A stretch of DNA of 49,884 bases. Origin: Leucobacter soli. Its GTDB lineage: Bacteria; Actinomycetota; Actinomycetes; Actinomycetales; Microbacteriaceae. Shown here piece by piece: positions 9,811 to 19,256 of this stretch; position 1 is the first letter of the stretch; the number at the start of each line of letters is the position of its first letter. Below the pieces are notes generated by a model that saw only the letters and a list, made by a program, of their open reading frames with translations, had not been told where the DNA came from and made no database searches. The DNA lies in NCBI GenBank assembly GCA_040393965.1, contig JBEBTD010000001.1:1-49884 (forward strand), read 5' to 3'. The position numbers were made by a program, and so were the translations under genes.

Positions 9811-10722
9811 CTATCTTCCCATACCGGCGGCCCGCATCGCGGCGAAGGCTTCGGCCTCGCGCTCGACGGGCAGCGACGGATCGCCGTTCACGAAGATGCG
9901 CAGCTGCATCAGCGCCTGGTGGACGAGCATCGCGATGCCCGAGTGGGCGACACCGCCGTCGGCTCGCCATCGCTCCGCCAGCGGCGAGGGCCAGGGGTCG
10001 TACGCGACGTCGAAGAGCGGTACTCGGAGAAGCTCCTCGGGCAGCTCGAGACCGTGGGCGGCCGGCCCGGGCAGCGTCGAGACGACGAGGGTCGCGTCGG
10101 CGACGGCCTCGAGGATCGCCGTGCCGCCGACATGGTACTGAGCGCGAGGATCGCCGAGCGCGGCGGCCGCGCAGCGCAGCGGGGCAGCGGAGCCATCGGC
10201 GCCGGCGGAAGTGCCGTCGAAACGCTCGGCGAGCGCGCGGGCCGCCTCGGGGCGGCGGGCGAGGATCGTCGCGCTCCGCGCTCCCAGCGAGCGGGCCGCG
10301 AGCACCGCCGAGACCGCGGTCGCGCCCGCGCCGAGCACGATCGTGCTCGAGGCGTCGAGCCCGGCCTCCTCGATCGCGGCAGCGAGCCCTGCCACATCGG
10401 TGTTGAAGCCGGCCCAGGCCGGCTTCGATCCTCGCCCCGTGACGCGCAGGAGCGTGTTCACGACGCCGCTTTCCTCGGCGACCGGGTCGAGCACCGTGCT
10501 GAGCCGATGCGCCTCGGCCTTGAGCGGCATCGTCACCGACAGGCCGCGCCAGGAGGCGTCGAGCGAGTCGAGCAGGGCCTCCAGCGCATCCTCGCGGCAC
10601 TCGACGGCCTCGTATCGCCAGGGCAGGCCGAGGGTCTCGTACGCGGCCCCGTGGATGCGAGGCGAACGGGAATGCGAGACGGGCGAGCCGAGCACCGCGA
10701 GGTGCATATGCGGCTCAGTCAC
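9811..10722 (-). CDS. aroE: shikimate dehydrogenase
   Basis: LGSPVSHSRSP, SVTMPLK, VNT, NTD, GAGATA; GTG start at 10722 overlapping mltG end. Confidence 0.93.
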   Translation of the reverse strand: MTEPHMHLAVLGSPVSHSRSPRIHGAAYETLGLPWRYEAVECREDALEALLDSLDASWRGLSVTMPLKAEAHRLSTVLDPVAEESGVVNTLLRVTGRGSKPAWAGFNTDVAGLAAAIEEAGLDASSTIVLGAGATAVSAVLAARSLGARSATILARRPEAARALAERFDGTSAGADGSAAPLRCAAAALGDPRAQYHVGGTAILEAVADATLVVSTLPGPAAHGLELPEELLRVPLFDVAYDPWPSPLAERWRADGGVAHSGIAMLVHQALMQLRIFVNGDPSLPVEREAEAFAAMRAAGMGR

Positions 10723-11836
10723 AGCGGGCGCCCCCCTCCTCGCGGTGCTGCGTGCACCACTCGGCGAGCTGGTCGACGGCGACCTCGTGCTCCTCGATCG
10801 TGTTCGAGAAGACGGTGTGCCCGGTTTCCAGGTCGATCGGCATGAAGTACAGCCACTCCCCCTCGGCAGGATGCAGGGCCGCGTCGATCGCGACGTCGCC
10901 CGGCAGGCCGATCGGGCCGATCGGGAGACCCGGGTTCGCATAGGTGTTGTAGGGGTTCGAAGCGTCGGCGCGCTCCTCCGAGGTCGTCCACACGGTGTGC
11001 GTGTTGCCGGTGCCGTAGGCCACCGTCGCATCGGACTGCAGCAGCATGTCGATGTCGAGCCGGTTGAGGAAGACACGGGCGATCTTCGGGAAGTCGTCGA
11101 GGTTCGAGCCGGCCTCGCGCTGGACGATCGACGCGAGCGTGAGCACTCGCCACGCATCGGCCTCGGGCACCCCGTGCTCGTCGAGCGCCTGCCACATGCG
11201 GTCGACCAGCTTCTGAACGATCGTCTCGGCCGTGTCCTCGGGCTCGAAGACGTAGGTCGCAGGGAAGAGGAAGCCCTCGACCGAGGGGAACTGCTCAGGC
11301 ACCCCGAACACCGTCGGGTCGGCGACCGCGGCCTCGAAGTCGGACATGGGGATGCCGGTGAGCTCCGCGGCGCGCTCGAGCGCGTCCATCGCGGCCATGC
11401 CCTCCGGCACGGTCAGCGTCAGCTCGACCTTGTTCGCCGGATCTTGCAGTGCGTCGAGTGCCGCCCGCGCGCTCATCTCGAGCTTCAGGCGATAGGAACC
11501 GATGTGGAAGTCGACCGCGGGATCCTGCTCGAGCAGCAGCTCGTAGAAGGCGTCGGAGGTCTTCACCACCCCCGCCTCCGCGAGCGTCTCGGCCACATCG
11601 CCGCCGATGTCGCCTTCGCGGATCGTGACCACGACCTCGCCATGGCCCTCGCCCTCGTAGTCGTTCGTGGCCCAGCCGAGCTGCAGGGCGATCCGCTCGC
11701 CGTAGCTCGACCAGATCGCCACGCCCGCGGCGCCGACGAGCACGAGGAAGACGAGGATCGAGCTGAGCGCGACGATCCACCGTTTGCGGCGCTGCCGCCG
11801 CTTCGTCTCGTCTGCGGCATGGATTCCGTGGCTCAT
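10715..11836 (-). CDS. mltG: endolytic transglycosylase MltG
   Basis: N-terminal TM, EGFLFPATY, LASIVQRE, LQSDAT, NPYNTY..PGLPIGPI. Confidence 0.94.
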   Translation of the reverse strand: MSHGIHAADETKRRQRRKRWIVALSSILVFLVLVGAAGVAIWSSYGERIALQLGWATNDYEGEGHGEVVVTIREGDIGGDVAETLAEAGVVKTSDAFYELLLEQDPAVDFHIGSYRLKLEMSARAALDALQDPANKVELTLTVPEGMAAMDALERAAELTGIPMSDFEAAVADPTVFGVPEQFPSVEGFLFPATYVFEPEDTAETIVQKLVDRMWQALDEHGVPEADAWRVLTLASIVQREAGSNLDDFPKIARVFLNRLDIDMLLQSDATVAYGTGNTHTVWTTSEERADASNPYNTYANPGLPIGPIGLPGDVAIDAALHPAEGEWLYFMPIDLETGHTVFSNTIEEHEVAVDQLAEWCTQHREEGGARCD

Positions 11837-12318
11837 GCGGGGTCGCTCTCTATCGGGTTGACTGGCTCTACCACCGTACCGGGCGCCTCGCCCCGAGCGC
11901 GCTCGAGGTCGAGGGCGTGCTGCAGGATCACGACCGCTGCGGCCTGGTCGATGATGCCGCGGCTCTGCTTGCTCTTCCGGCCGGCCTGGCGCAGCTGGCC
12001 CTGCGCCGAGACGGTCGAAAGCCGCTCGTCGACGAGGCGAACCGGCGCTCCGCCGGAGTTCGCGAGACGGGCCGCGAAGGCCTCGGCGTCCTCCGTCGAC
12101 GGGGTGCGGTGGCCGCTCAGGCCGAGGGGCAGACCCACGACGAGCTCCATCGCGCCGGCCTCGTCCGCGAGTTCGAGGATGCGGCGCACATCCGCGTCGC
12201 CGGAGGCCGCCCGTGCCACCGTCTCGAGCGGGGTCGCGAGCATAGCGTGCGGGTCGCAGCGCGCGACGCCGATGCGGGCTCTGCCCACGTCGACGCCGAG
12301 ACGCACGCCCGGCCTCAT
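11833..12318 (-). CDS. ruvX: YqgF/RuvX family nuclease (pre-16S rRNA maturation)
   Basis: LGVDVG..RIGVA, VVGLP, DERLST, IDQAAAVVILQ; alaS-ruvX-mltG order. Confidence 0.94.
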   Translation of the reverse strand: MRPGVRLGVDVGRARIGVARCDPHAMLATPLETVARAASGDADVRRILELADEAGAMELVVGLPLGLSGHRTPSTEDAEAFAARLANSGGAPVRLVDERLSTVSAQGQLRQAGRKSKQSRGIIDQAAAVVILQHALDLERARGEAPGTVVEPVNPIESDPA

Positions 12319-12338
12319 CCTGCCGCCCGCATCACGGT

Positions 12339-14996
12339 TCAGCCCGCCAGGCTGCGGCGGATCTCGGCGAGCGCCTCGTCGATCTTCGAGGCATCCGCGC
12401 CGCCACCCTGCGCGAGGTCGTCCTTTCCGCCGCCGCCCCCGCCGAGCACCTGCGCGCCGAGCCGCGCGAGCGCTCCCGCCTTCGCCCCCGCTTCACGGGC
12501 CGCGGGCGTCGTCGCCGCGATCACGACCGGCTTGCCCGCCGCCTCGCCCGCGAGCACGACCACCGCCGCCTCGCCCGCGAGGCGCTCCCTCGCCTGCAGC
12601 ACGAGGCCGCGCACATCGTCGGCGCTGCCGACGGTGCCGAGTGAAGCCAGCACCACGGTCAGCTCTCCGATGCGTTCCGCGCCCTTCACCAGCTCGGGCA
12701 GGCGCTCGCCGAGACGGGCCGCCTCGAGCTGCGCGATCTTCTTCTCCGCCGCCTTGAGCTGCGAGGCGAGATCGCCCACCCGCTCCACGAGCTCGAGTCG
12801 CGGCACCTTCAGGCCGGTCGTCAGCTGCTGCACGATCGCGCGCTCGACCGCGAAATTGCGGAAGGCCTCGATGCCGACGAGCGACTCGACGCGACGATTC
12901 GTGCTGCCGACCGAGCTCTCGCTGATGAGATTGATCATGCCGACCTCGGCCGAGCTGGAGACGTGGGTGCCCGCGCACAGCTCCCGCGACCACGGCCCGC
13001 CGATGTCGACGACGCGCACGCGGTCGCCGTACTTCTCGCCGAACAGCGCCATTGCTCCGAGCTGCTTCGCCTCGTCGAGCGCCATCTCGCGGGTGACGAC
13101 CTCGTAGTCGCTGCGCACGGCGAGGTTCGCGACCTCCTCGATCTCACTCCTGGTCTCGGCGCTCAGCGCCTCGCTGTGCGTGAAGTCGAGGCGCAGATAG
13201 CCGGCCTTGTTGTACGAGCCCGCCTGGTGGGCGTTCGGGCCGAGCACCTCGCGTAGCGCCGCGTGCACGATGTGAGTGCCAGAGTGCGCCTGCGTGGCGC
13301 CGCGTCGGTAGTCGGCGTCGACGCGGGTCTCGGCGCGGGCGTCGACCGCGACCGTGCCGATGCTCACCTTGACCGTGTGCACGATGAGCCCGGGAACTGG
13401 CTTCTGCACATCGAGCACCTCGGCCTCGAAGCCGTCGCCGATGATGACGCCCTGATCGCTGTCCTGACCGCCCGACTCCGCCCACAGGCTCGTCTCGGAC
13501 AGCACCAGCTCCGCCAGCTGGCCCTCGTGGGCCACTGGAGCGGGCCGCCCGTCGACCACGATGCCGAGCACGCGGCTCTCGTGGTTCAGCTGGTCGTATC
13601 CGACGAAGGCGGTCTCGCCGAGACCCCGCAGCTCCTTGTACACCGAGAGGTCGGCGCGCTGGCCCTTCTTGGCCTTCGCGTCGGCCTTGGCGCGGTCGCG
13701 CTGCTCCTGCATGAGGCTCGCGAAGACCTCGCGGTCGACGTCGATGCCCGCCTCCTCGGCGACCTCGAGCGTCAGCTCGATCGGAAAACCGTAGGTGTCG
13801 TGCAGCAGGAACGCCGTGTCGCCCGGCAACTGCTGCGATCCTCGCCGCTTCGCCTCATCGACCGCCTCGTCGAGGATCTGCGTGCCCGAGTTCAGGGTGC
13901 GCAGGAAGGTCTTCTCCTCTGCATAGGCCGCACGCGAGATGAAGTCGAAGTCGCGCTCCACCTCGGGATAGGCCGCCTTCATCGCGTCGCGCGAGACGGG
14001 GAAGAGCGTCTCGAAGCTCGGGCCCTCGACCCCCAGCAGGCGCATCGAGCGGATCACGCGGCGCAGCAGACGGCGCAGGATGTACCCGCGGCCCTCATTG
14101 CTCGGCGTGACGCCGTCGGCGATCAGCATGAGGCCGCTGCGCACATGATCCGCGATCACCCGCAGACGCACGTCATCGTCGGCGTTCTCGCCGTAGCGCT
14201 TGCCGGCGAGTTCGGCCGCCGCGTCGAGCACGGGGCGCACCTGATCGATCTCGTACATGTTCTCGACGCCCTGCTTGATGAAGGCGACGCGTTCGAGCCC
14301 CATGCCCGTGTCGATGTTCTGCTTCGGAAGCGGGCCGACGATGTCGAATTCCAGCTTCGACTTCACGTTCGCGATCTGGTACTGCATGAACACGAGGTTC
14401 CAGATCTCGACGTAGCGGTCGTCATCGGTCGCCGGACCGCCGTCGATGCCGTAGGCCGGGCCGCGGTCGAAGAAGATCTCGCTGCAGGGGCCGGCGGGGC
14501 CGGGCTGGCCGGTCGACCAATAGTTCGTATCCTTGCCGAGACGCTGGATGCGCTCCTCGGGCAGCCCCGCGATCTCGCGCCACAGGCCGAACGCCTCGTC
14601 GTCGTCCTCGTAGACGGTGACCCAGAGATCCTCGGCCTCGAAGCCGAGACCGCCCTCGTCCTCGCTCGTCGTGAGCAGCTCCCAGGCGAAGCGGATCGCC
14701 CCCTCCTTGAAGTAGTCCCCGAACGAGAAGTTGCCGCACATCTGGAAGAAGGTGCCGTGGCGCGGGGTCTTGCCGACCTCCTCGATGTCGTTCGTTCGAA
14801 TGCACTTCTGCACACTCGTCGCGCGCGGGTACGGCGCCGGCACGAGACCCGAGAGATACGGTACGAAGGGCACCATGCCCGCGACCGTGAACATCAGGCT
14901 CGGGTCGTCGCTCACGAGCGACGCCGAGGGAACGACCGTGTGGCCGCGCCGCTCGAAGAAGTCGAGCCAGCGTCGGCGGATCTCTGCGGTCTGCAT
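12339..14996 (-). CDS. alaS: alanine--tRNA ligase
   Basis: MQTAEIRRRWLDFF, QKCIRT, FFQMCGNFSFGDYFK, DTGMGLER, ELCAGTH, GGGGGK; ATG at 14996. Confidence 0.98.
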   Translation of the reverse strand: MQTAEIRRRWLDFFERRGHTVVPSASLVSDDPSLMFTVAGMVPFVPYLSGLVPAPYPRATSVQKCIRTNDIEEVGKTPRHGTFFQMCGNFSFGDYFKEGAIRFAWELLTTSEDEGGLGFEAEDLWVTVYEDDDEAFGLWREIAGLPEERIQRLGKDTNYWSTGQPGPAGPCSEIFFDRGPAYGIDGGPATDDDRYVEIWNLVFMQYQIANVKSKLEFDIVGPLPKQNIDTGMGLERVAFIKQGVENMYEIDQVRPVLDAAAELAGKRYGENADDDVRLRVIADHVRSGLMLIADGVTPSNEGRGYILRRLLRRVIRSMRLLGVEGPSFETLFPVSRDAMKAAYPEVERDFDFISRAAYAEEKTFLRTLNSGTQILDEAVDEAKRRGSQQLPGDTAFLLHDTYGFPIELTLEVAEEAGIDVDREVFASLMQEQRDRAKADAKAKKGQRADLSVYKELRGLGETAFVGYDQLNHESRVLGIVVDGRPAPVAHEGQLAELVLSETSLWAESGGQDSDQGVIIGDGFEAEVLDVQKPVPGLIVHTVKVSIGTVAVDARAETRVDADYRRGATQAHSGTHIVHAALREVLGPNAHQAGSYNKAGYLRLDFTHSEALSAETRSEIEEVANLAVRSDYEVVTREMALDEAKQLGAMALFGEKYGDRVRVVDIGGPWSRELCAGTHVSSSAEVGMINLISESSVGSTNRRVESLVGIEAFRNFAVERAIVQQLTTGLKVPRLELVERVGDLASQLKAAEKKIAQLEAARLGERLPELVKGAERIGELTVVLASLGTVGSADDVRGLVLQARERLAGEAAVVVLAGEAAGKPVVIAATTPAAREAGAKAGALARLGAQVLGGGGGGKDDLAQGGGADASKIDEALAEIRRSLAG

Positions 14997-14998
14997 GC

Positions 14999-15223
14999 TT
15001 ACTTCTTGGCCTCCAGCTCGGCAAGACGGCGCTCGACGTCGTCGAGAGCCTCCGAGAACTCCTCCTCGGCGATACGGTAGCCCGACGCCACGGCGTCGCC
15101 GAACTCGTGCACCCCGCGATTCACCTGATCGAAGAAGCGGCGACCGCTCGGGGTCTGATTCACGAAGTGCGCGGCGACGAAGCCGAGGGCGACCCCGACG
15201 ACGAGCCAGGACAGTCTGCGCAT
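14999..15223 (-). CDS. small single-TM protein preceding alaS
   Basis: Hydrophobic N-terminus MRRLSWLVVGVALGFVAAH plus coiled-coil-like tail; ends 2 nt before alaS start. Confidence 0.75.
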   Translation of the reverse strand: MRRLSWLVVGVALGFVAAHFVNQTPSGRRFFDQVNRGVHEFGDAVASGYRIAEEEFSEALDDVERRLAELEAKK

Positions 15224-15322
15224 GCTGATCTCCAGTTCTACGGTGCGTACTGCGCGCTCGGACGAGCCGGCCGCGCCAACCCGTCAAGTCTAGCGTTGCG
15301 GGTATGAGCGCTCCTTCCCGGA

Positions 15323-15381
15323 AGTCGGGGGCGGTTCGGACGGCTTCACCTGCCTCGAAGCAGTCCGAACCGCCCCCGACT
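15323..15381. repeat. perfect 19-bp inverted repeat (long hairpin)
   Basis: agtcgggggcggttcggac (15323-15341) and gtccgaaccgcccccgact (15363-15381); inner gcttc/gaagc pairing. Confidence 0.85.
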
Positions 15382-15412
15382 CGGACAGGGCGTGGGAATT
15401 CTCCGGGAAACG

Positions 15413-15444
15413 GAAAGGGCGCCGGCCGAAGCCGACGCCCTTTC
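15413..15444 (-). terminator. intrinsic terminator downstream of rpsD
   Basis: Minus strand gaaagggcgtcggc-ttcg-gccggcgccctttc followed by cgttt. Confidence 0.75.
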
Positions 15445-15453
15445 GCAACGAGC

Positions 15454-15576
15454 ACTCACTGCGAGTACTCCGCGTCTCGCCTTAACGAGCCGCGTAGCCG
15501 GCCGCCGCTCGCGCGGCCGCCGAGAACGCAGTACTCACTGCGAGTACTCCGCGTCTCGCTTTAGCGAGCCGCGTAG
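15454..15576. repeat. 44-bp direct repeat x2 that duplicates the rpsD 3' end
   Basis: actcactgcgagtactccgcgtctcgc(c/t)tta(a/g)cgagccgcgtag at 15454-15497 and 15533-15576, 42/44 identical, 35-bp spacer. Confidence 0.88.
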
Positions 15577-16190
15577 TACTCGACGACGAGCTGCACGTCA
15601 CAGGTGACGGGCACCTCGGCGCGCTTGGGGCGACGCAGGAGGCGCGCCTGGAGCTTGTCGAGCTCGACCTCGAGGTAGCCCGGGACGGGGGGCAGCACCT
15701 CGGCGTGACCGCCGGCCGCGGCGACCTGGAAGGGCTCGGTGCCCTCCGAGCGCTCCTTGACGTGGATGAGCTGGCCCGGCTTCACGCGGAACGAGGGGCG
15801 GTCGACGATCTTGCCGTCGACGAGGATGTGGCGGTGCACGACCATCTGGCGGGCCTGCGCGGTGGTGCGGGCGAAGCCGGCGCGCAGCACGAGGGCGTCG
15901 AGGCGCATCTCGAGCAGCTCGACCAGGTTCTCACCGGTCAGGCCGTCCTGGCGGCGGGCTTCCTTGAAGGCGATGACGAGCTGCTTCTCGCGGATGCCGT
16001 ACTGGGCCCGGAGACGCTGCTTCTCGCGCAGACGGACGGCGAAGTCGCTGTCGCTCTTCCGCTTGGTGCGGCCGTGCTGGCCGGGGCCGTAGGGGCGCTT
16101 CTCGAGGTAGCGGGCGGCCTTCGGGGTGAGGGGGATGCCCAGGGCGCGCGACTGGCGAACCTTGGCACGGGTGCGAGTGGTCTTCGACAC
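15561..16190 (-). CDS. rpsD: 30S ribosomal protein S4
   Basis: PGQHG, LREKQRLRAQYG, LEMRLDALVLRAGFA, VVEYY. Confidence 0.98.
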   Translation of the reverse strand: MSKTTRTRAKVRQSRALGIPLTPKAARYLEKRPYGPGQHGRTKRKSDSDFAVRLREKQRLRAQYGIREKQLVIAFKEARRQDGLTGENLVELLEMRLDALVLRAGFARTTAQARQMVVHRHILVDGKIVDRPSFRVKPGQLIHVKERSEGTEPFQVAAAGGHAEVLPPVPGYLEVELDKLQARLLRRPKRAEVPVTCDVQLVVEYYAAR

Positions 16191-16477
16191 GGGTGTCCTT
16201 TCGGGTTTCTGTTGTGTTCTCTACGAGGATCGCGTGCTGCGCACGCCGCATCCTGTGTTCTCTCGGCCTGTGCTGCGCCCGCATGCTCGGACTGGCGTCC
16301 GGTGATGCTCGCGACGCAGCGAACCGATCTCTCGGTGAGGGAACGACCATTGCAGAAACCCGGCTACAGGGCGCCTGCCGTCTTGCGGATCCTTGCAGCC
16401 GAGCAAGACCCGCGACGTTGGCCATCGATAAGTTTATCAGATCGTCACCGGTCGGGGACAGTCACCGGTCGAGGACA

Positions 16478-17800
16478 TCAGCCGCGCGTGATGCGGCGGA
16501 TCTTCTCGAGGCGCTCGGAGACCTCTCGCTCGTGTCCGTGGGTGGTGGGACTGTAGTAGACGCGGTCGGCGAGCTCGTCGGGCAGGTGCTGCTGCCGCAG
16601 GACCCCGAGCGGGTCGCTGTGCGGGTAGCGGTAGCCCTTTCCGTGTCCGAGGCGCTTCGCGCCCGGGTAGTGGGCGTCGCGCAGATGGATGGGCACTCGG
16701 CCGAAGCTGCCCCGCTTCACATCGGCGATGGCCGAGTCGATTGCGGTGATGACGGCGTTGGACTTCGGCGCGGTCGCGAGGTAGATGGTCGCCTCGGCGA
16801 GCGGGATGCGCGCCTCGGGCAGGCCGATGAGCTGCGTCGCCTCGGCGGCGGCGACCGCGATCGGCAGCGCTTGCGGATCTGCCATGCCGATGTCTTCGGC
16901 GGCGTGCACCATGAGCCGTCGGGCGATGAAGCGGGGGTCTTCGCCCGCTTCGATCATGCGCGCAAGGTAGTGGATGGCGGCGTCGGGGTCGCTGCCCCTG
17001 ATGGATTTGATGAACGCGCTGATGACGTCGTAGTGCTCGTCGCCGTTGCGGTCGTAGCGCAGCAGGGCCCGGTCGATGGAGGCGGAGACCGCCTCCGCCG
17101 TGATGACCGGTTTCTTCTTGCCCGTCGCGGAGGAGAGCACCGACGCCGCTGCGGCCTCGAGCCCGGTGAGCGCGCGCCGGGCATCGCCGGAGGAGAGCTG
17201 CACGAGGGCGGAGAGGCCCTCGTCGCTCAGCCGCACTCCCCCGCCGAGCCCCCGCGGATCCTCGACCGCGCGCCGCAGCAGCACCTCGAGGTCGGCGTCT
17301 TCGAGCGGCTGCAGCGTCAGCAGCAGCGAACGGGAGAGCAGCGGGCTGATCACCGAGAACGACGGGTTCTCGGTCGTCGCCGCGATGAGCGTGACCCAGC
17401 CGTTCTCGACTCCGGGCAGCAGCGCGTCCTGCTGCGCCTTGGTGAAGCGGTGGATCTCGTCGAGGAACAGCACCGTCGAGAGGCCGTAGAGGTCTCGGTC
17501 GTTGAGCGCCCGCTCCATGACCGTTCGCACGTCTTTGATGCCGGCTGTCACCGCAGAGAGCTCGACGAAGCGGCGACCGCTCGACGAGGCGATCGCCTGC
17601 GCGATCGTCGTCTTGCCCGTACCCGGCGGTCCCCACAGGATCACCGAGACCGCGCCGCCCGTGCCGTCGGCGGACTCGGCTATGACGCGCAGCGGAGAGC
17701 CCGCCTTCAGCAGGTGCGCCTGGCCGACCACCTCGTCGAGCGAGCGCGGCCGCATTCGCACCGCGAGCGGTGCGGTCGGGGAACCGGCCTGAGTGTTCAC
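16478..17800 (-). CDS. rarA: replication-associated recombination protein A (RarA/MgsA AAA+ ATPase)
   Basis: [48 protein letters not shown]; GTG at 17800 chosen from promoter position. Confidence 0.95.
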   Translation of the reverse strand: MNTQAGSPTAPLAVRMRPRSLDEVVGQAHLLKAGSPLRVIAESADGTGGAVSVILWGPPGTGKTTIAQAIASSSGRRFVELSAVTAGIKDVRTVMERALNDRDLYGLSTVLFLDEIHRFTKAQQDALLPGVENGWVTLIAATTENPSFSVISPLLSRSLLLTLQPLEDADLEVLLRRAVEDPRGLGGGVRLSDEGLSALVQLSSGDARRALTGLEAAAASVLSSATGKKKPVITAEAVSASIDRALLRYDRNGDEHYDVISAFIKSIRGSDPDAAIHYLARMIEAGEDPRFIARRLMVHAAEDIGMADPQALPIAVAAAEATQLIGLPEARIPLAEATIYLATAPKSNAVITAIDSAIADVKRGSFGRVPIHLRDAHYPGAKRLGHGKGYRYPHSDPLGVLRQQHLPDELADRVYYSPTTHGHEREVSERLEKIRRITRG

Positions 17801-17807
17801 GATGTCG

Positions 17808-17829
17808 ATGCTACCGGTGACCTCCGACA
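17808..17829 (-). promoter_or_regulatory. PafBC-type (RecA-NDp) DNA-damage promoter of rarA
   Basis: Minus strand TGTCGG-AGGTCACCGG-TAGCAT matches TGTCGG-N10-TA-N3-T; GTG follows after 7 nt. Confidence 0.8.
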
Positions 17830-17901
17830 TCTTCCCCGTGGGCTGCGGACGGCTAGAGTGGATAGCGGCATTGCACGGTCGGCGAAGATGTCGGCATCTC
17901 T

Positions 17902-19152
17902 ATGAACGAACAGGTGAGCACGGTGAGCGAAACCACGAACGAACAGCCCTGGGGCCGGGTAGACGAGAACCGCACGGTCTACGTGCGCGAGGGCGACTCC
18001 GAGCGCGAGGTCGGCCAGTTCCCCGACGGCACCCCTGAAGAGGCGCTCGCCTACTACGAGCGCAAGTTCGCCGACCTCGAAGGCGCCGTCACCCTGCTCG
18101 AGGCGCGCGTGGCCCGAGGCACCGCCGGCGGCGACGTCGCCGAGATCGTCGCGAAGCTGCAGCAGCAGCTCGTCGAACCGGCCGCGGTCGGCGACCTCGC
18201 CTCGCTGCGCGCTCGCGTCGAGAAGCTGGGCGGCAAGGCCAGCGAGCTCACCGAGAAGCAGCAGGCCGAGCGAGAGGCGGCGAAGCAAGAGGCGCTCGCG
18301 CAGCGGGAGGCCATCGTCGTCGAGGCCGAGCGCCTCGCCGCGCAGCCCGAGGCCTCGATCCGGTGGAAGGAGACGGGCCAGGCCTTCGAGCAGCTCTTCA
18401 CCGACTGGCAGACCAGCCAGCGCTCCGGCCCGCAGGTGCCGAAGTCGGCCGCCGACGCGCTCTGGAAGCGCTTCCGCGCCGCCCGGCAGAGCTTCGACAC
18501 CGCGCGCCGCGCCCACTTCGCGCAGCTCGACGCCACCAACAAGGACGTCAAGCAGCGCAAGGAGCGCCTCATCGCCCAGGCCGAGGAGCTCGCGCCGAAG
18601 GGCATCGAGGGAATCCCCGCCTACCGACGGCTGCTCGACGAGTGGAAGCTCGCGGGCCGTGCCAGCCGCAAGCTCGATGATCAGCTCTGGGCTCGGTTCA
18701 AGGCTGCGGGCGATGTGCTCTACGAGGCGAAGGCCGCGGAGGTCGCGCAGACCAACGAGGAGTACGCGGCGAACCTCACCGCGAAGCAGTCGTTGCTCGA
18801 CGAGCACGCCGACGGCCTGCTGGCGGAGACGGATCGGGTCGCCGCCCGCAAGCGCCTCACCGAGCTGCAGCTCAAGTGGGACGAGATCGGCCGGGTGCCC
18901 CGAGAGGCCGTGCGCGATCTCGAGGGCCGCCTGCGCAAGGTCGAGGATCACGTGAAGAATCTCGAAGAGGAGCACTGGCGCAAGACCAACCCCGAGACCA
19001 AGGCCCGCAGCGAGGGCCTGCGCGGCCAGCTCGAAGCATCGATCGCCGAGCTCAAGGCAGAGATCGCGAATGCGAAGGATGCCAGGGCCAAGGCGGAGGC
19101 CGAGCAGAAGCTCGCCACTCAGGAGTCCTGGCTCGCGGCCATCGGCGACTGA
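17902..19152 (+). CDS. DUF349 domain-containing protein
   Basis: PWGRVDENRTVYVR, repeated helical units (W..G....D.LW.RF); start may be a GTG slightly downstream. Confidence 0.88.
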   Translation: MNEQVSTVSETTNEQPWGRVDENRTVYVREGDSEREVGQFPDGTPEEALAYYERKFADLEGAVTLLEARVARGTAGGDVAEIVAKLQQQLVEPAAVGDLASLRARVEKLGGKASELTEKQQAEREAAKQEALAQREAIVVEAERLAAQPEASIRWKETGQAFEQLFTDWQTSQRSGPQVPKSAADALWKRFRAARQSFDTARRAHFAQLDATNKDVKQRKERLIAQAEELAPKGIEGIPAYRRLLDEWKLAGRASRKLDDQLWARFKAAGDVLYEAKAAEVAQTNEEYAANLTAKQSLLDEHADGLLAETDRVAARKRLTELQLKWDEIGRVPREAVRDLEGRLRKVEDHVKNLEEEHWRKTNPETKARSEGLRGQLEASIAELKAEIANAKDARAKAEAEQKLATQESWLAAIGD

Positions 19153-19196
19153 CGCCTCGGCCCCCTCGGCGGCAGGAACGCGCGCTCCTGAGACGA

Positions 19197-19246
19197 GTTA
19201 TCCACAGTTCCCGGTTTCCGCCCTCCCGAGGGCTCGGAAACCGGGA
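19197..19246 (+). promoter_or_regulatory. DnaA-box-like motif plus 12-bp inverted repeat upstream of AbiEi-like gene
   Basis: GTTATCCACAG 19197-19207; tcccggtttccg (19209-19220) / cggaaaccggga (19235-19246). Confidence 0.55.
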
Positions 19247-19256
19247 TCATGTGTCT

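Noticed and set aside
14997-15455. N-terminal extension of AlaS (1038-aa ORF); similar over-long calls for hisI, hisF, aroE, era, phoH, hrcA, hemW, rpsT, ssb
   Set aside because: The extensions overlap neighbouring genes or regulatory hairpins; conserved N-termini begin at downstream starts.
15454-15576. CRISPR array (repeat-spacer-repeat geometry 44/35/44)
   Set aside because: Only two repeats, one overlapping the rpsD coding end; no cas genes or AT-rich leader.
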